From assembly GCA_963807635.1 (NCBI GenBank), contig CAWEDJ010000058.1, forward strand, positions 1 to 16,898: DNA of 16,898 bases, written 5' to 3'. The position numbers and the translations under genes are program-made. The notes under the pieces are model-generated. The model did no database searches, had not been told where the DNA came from, and saw only the letters and a program-made list of their open reading frames with translations. This DNA is from an uncultured cyanobacterium (GTDB taxonomy: Bacteria; Cyanobacteriota; Cyanobacteriia; Cyanobacteriales; Microcystaceae). This document shows positions 16,409 to 16,898 of this stretch, piece by piece. Each line of letters opens with the position of its first letter. Within the stretch, counting starts at the first letter, position 1.

Positions 16409-16793
16409 CTAGAATTGTGTTTTCCAAACCAATGCAATAGCGATAATAGCAGGAGCCGTTTGGATATATAAAGTTTTTAGGTTTTTAGCTTCTGTTGAGT
16501 CCTTATTGGGTAAGGTCATCGCTCCAAAGATTCCTGCGATCGCCACACAAATCAGAAAAAAGAGTCGTAATTCAAAAGTATTTTCCTGGGCAAACACTGA
16601 CCAAAGAGTCCTGCGGCAATGAAGCTGTTGTAAATGCCTGCATTTTTGGCGATCGGAGCAGTTCTAAGGGCATATAGGATAAAAAACCAAATAGTTTTTC
16701 TAAAAGGTAGGTGGTGAAGAAAATTTCTCCTACTGCAAAACCAAAATGGATTAGGGCATTAAGAATGATGGCAATTTGTGTTAGTAATGTCAT
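16409..16793 (-). CDS. DUF1304-family membrane protein; two -1 frame breaks (~16603, ~16670-16690)
   Basis: MTLLTQIAIILNALIHFGFAVGEIF...; the middle frame reads TAPIAKNAGIYNSFIAAGLF (cf. NQGLYNGFLAAGL); then WSVFAQENTFELRLFFLICVAIAGIFGAMT...YIQTAPAIIA. Confidence 0.8.
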
Positions 16794-16898
16794 TGCAATT
16801 GGCTCCTGACTTTTCCCATTAAGTCTGAAACCGACCACAGAATAAGGGTTTCAAGCTCTTCACTATTTTCAACAATTTAGGTTAAGAAAAAGCCCTAA

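Larger units (their letters stand above)
954..16543. repeat. HIP1 (GCGATCGC) dispersed octamer, about 30 copies
   Basis: Counted by eye at 954, 2465, 2514, 2921, 3068, 3303, 4139, 4428, 4734, 6013, 6497, 7282, 7893, 9027, 9606, 9907, 10640, 11033, 11204, 11876, 12019, 12055, 12320, 12704, 14219, 15208, 15704, 16228, 16317 and 16536. Fewer than one is expected by chance. Confidence 0.97.

Noticed and set aside
4783..16793. Genome decay or programmed frameshifting as the cause of split genes
   Set aside because: Breaks hit essential murA, coincide with methylation motifs and lack slippery-site features; the proteins are otherwise well conserved.

Overview
Chromosomal window from a cyanobacterium, probably unicellular: about 30 HIP1 octamers (GCGATCGC) counted by eye, plus a CpcS/CpeS-family lyase and an NblB-like gene. 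The backbone is devA-devC-devB divergent from a PadR/AphA-type regulator, then DUF1499, malQ, a degenerate PilB/GspE-like protein, an M23 peptidase, cpcU, nblB-like, a class A beta-lactamase-like hydrolase, a small membrane protein, murA, tRNA-Leu(CAG), a TrmH-family methyltransferase and DUF1304. About 14 single-base frame breaks split conserved genes, including essential murA. Most lie at GGCC or CGATCG/GATC, so they look like methylation-linked long-read errors rather than pseudogenes. The most interesting region is 11196-12062. There a DUF4258/YgiT-zinc-finger toxin-antitoxin pair is bracketed by 33-bp direct repeats that start and end in HIP1 sites. It is followed by the first 15 codons of an MmeI-like restriction-modification gene, cut off at the next HIP1. 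This suggests a HIP1-delimited hotspot where defence genes are gained and lost. Unannotated IS200/IS605 (TnpB) remnants lie at 12995-13616. All family calls come from recalled motifs; no search was run.
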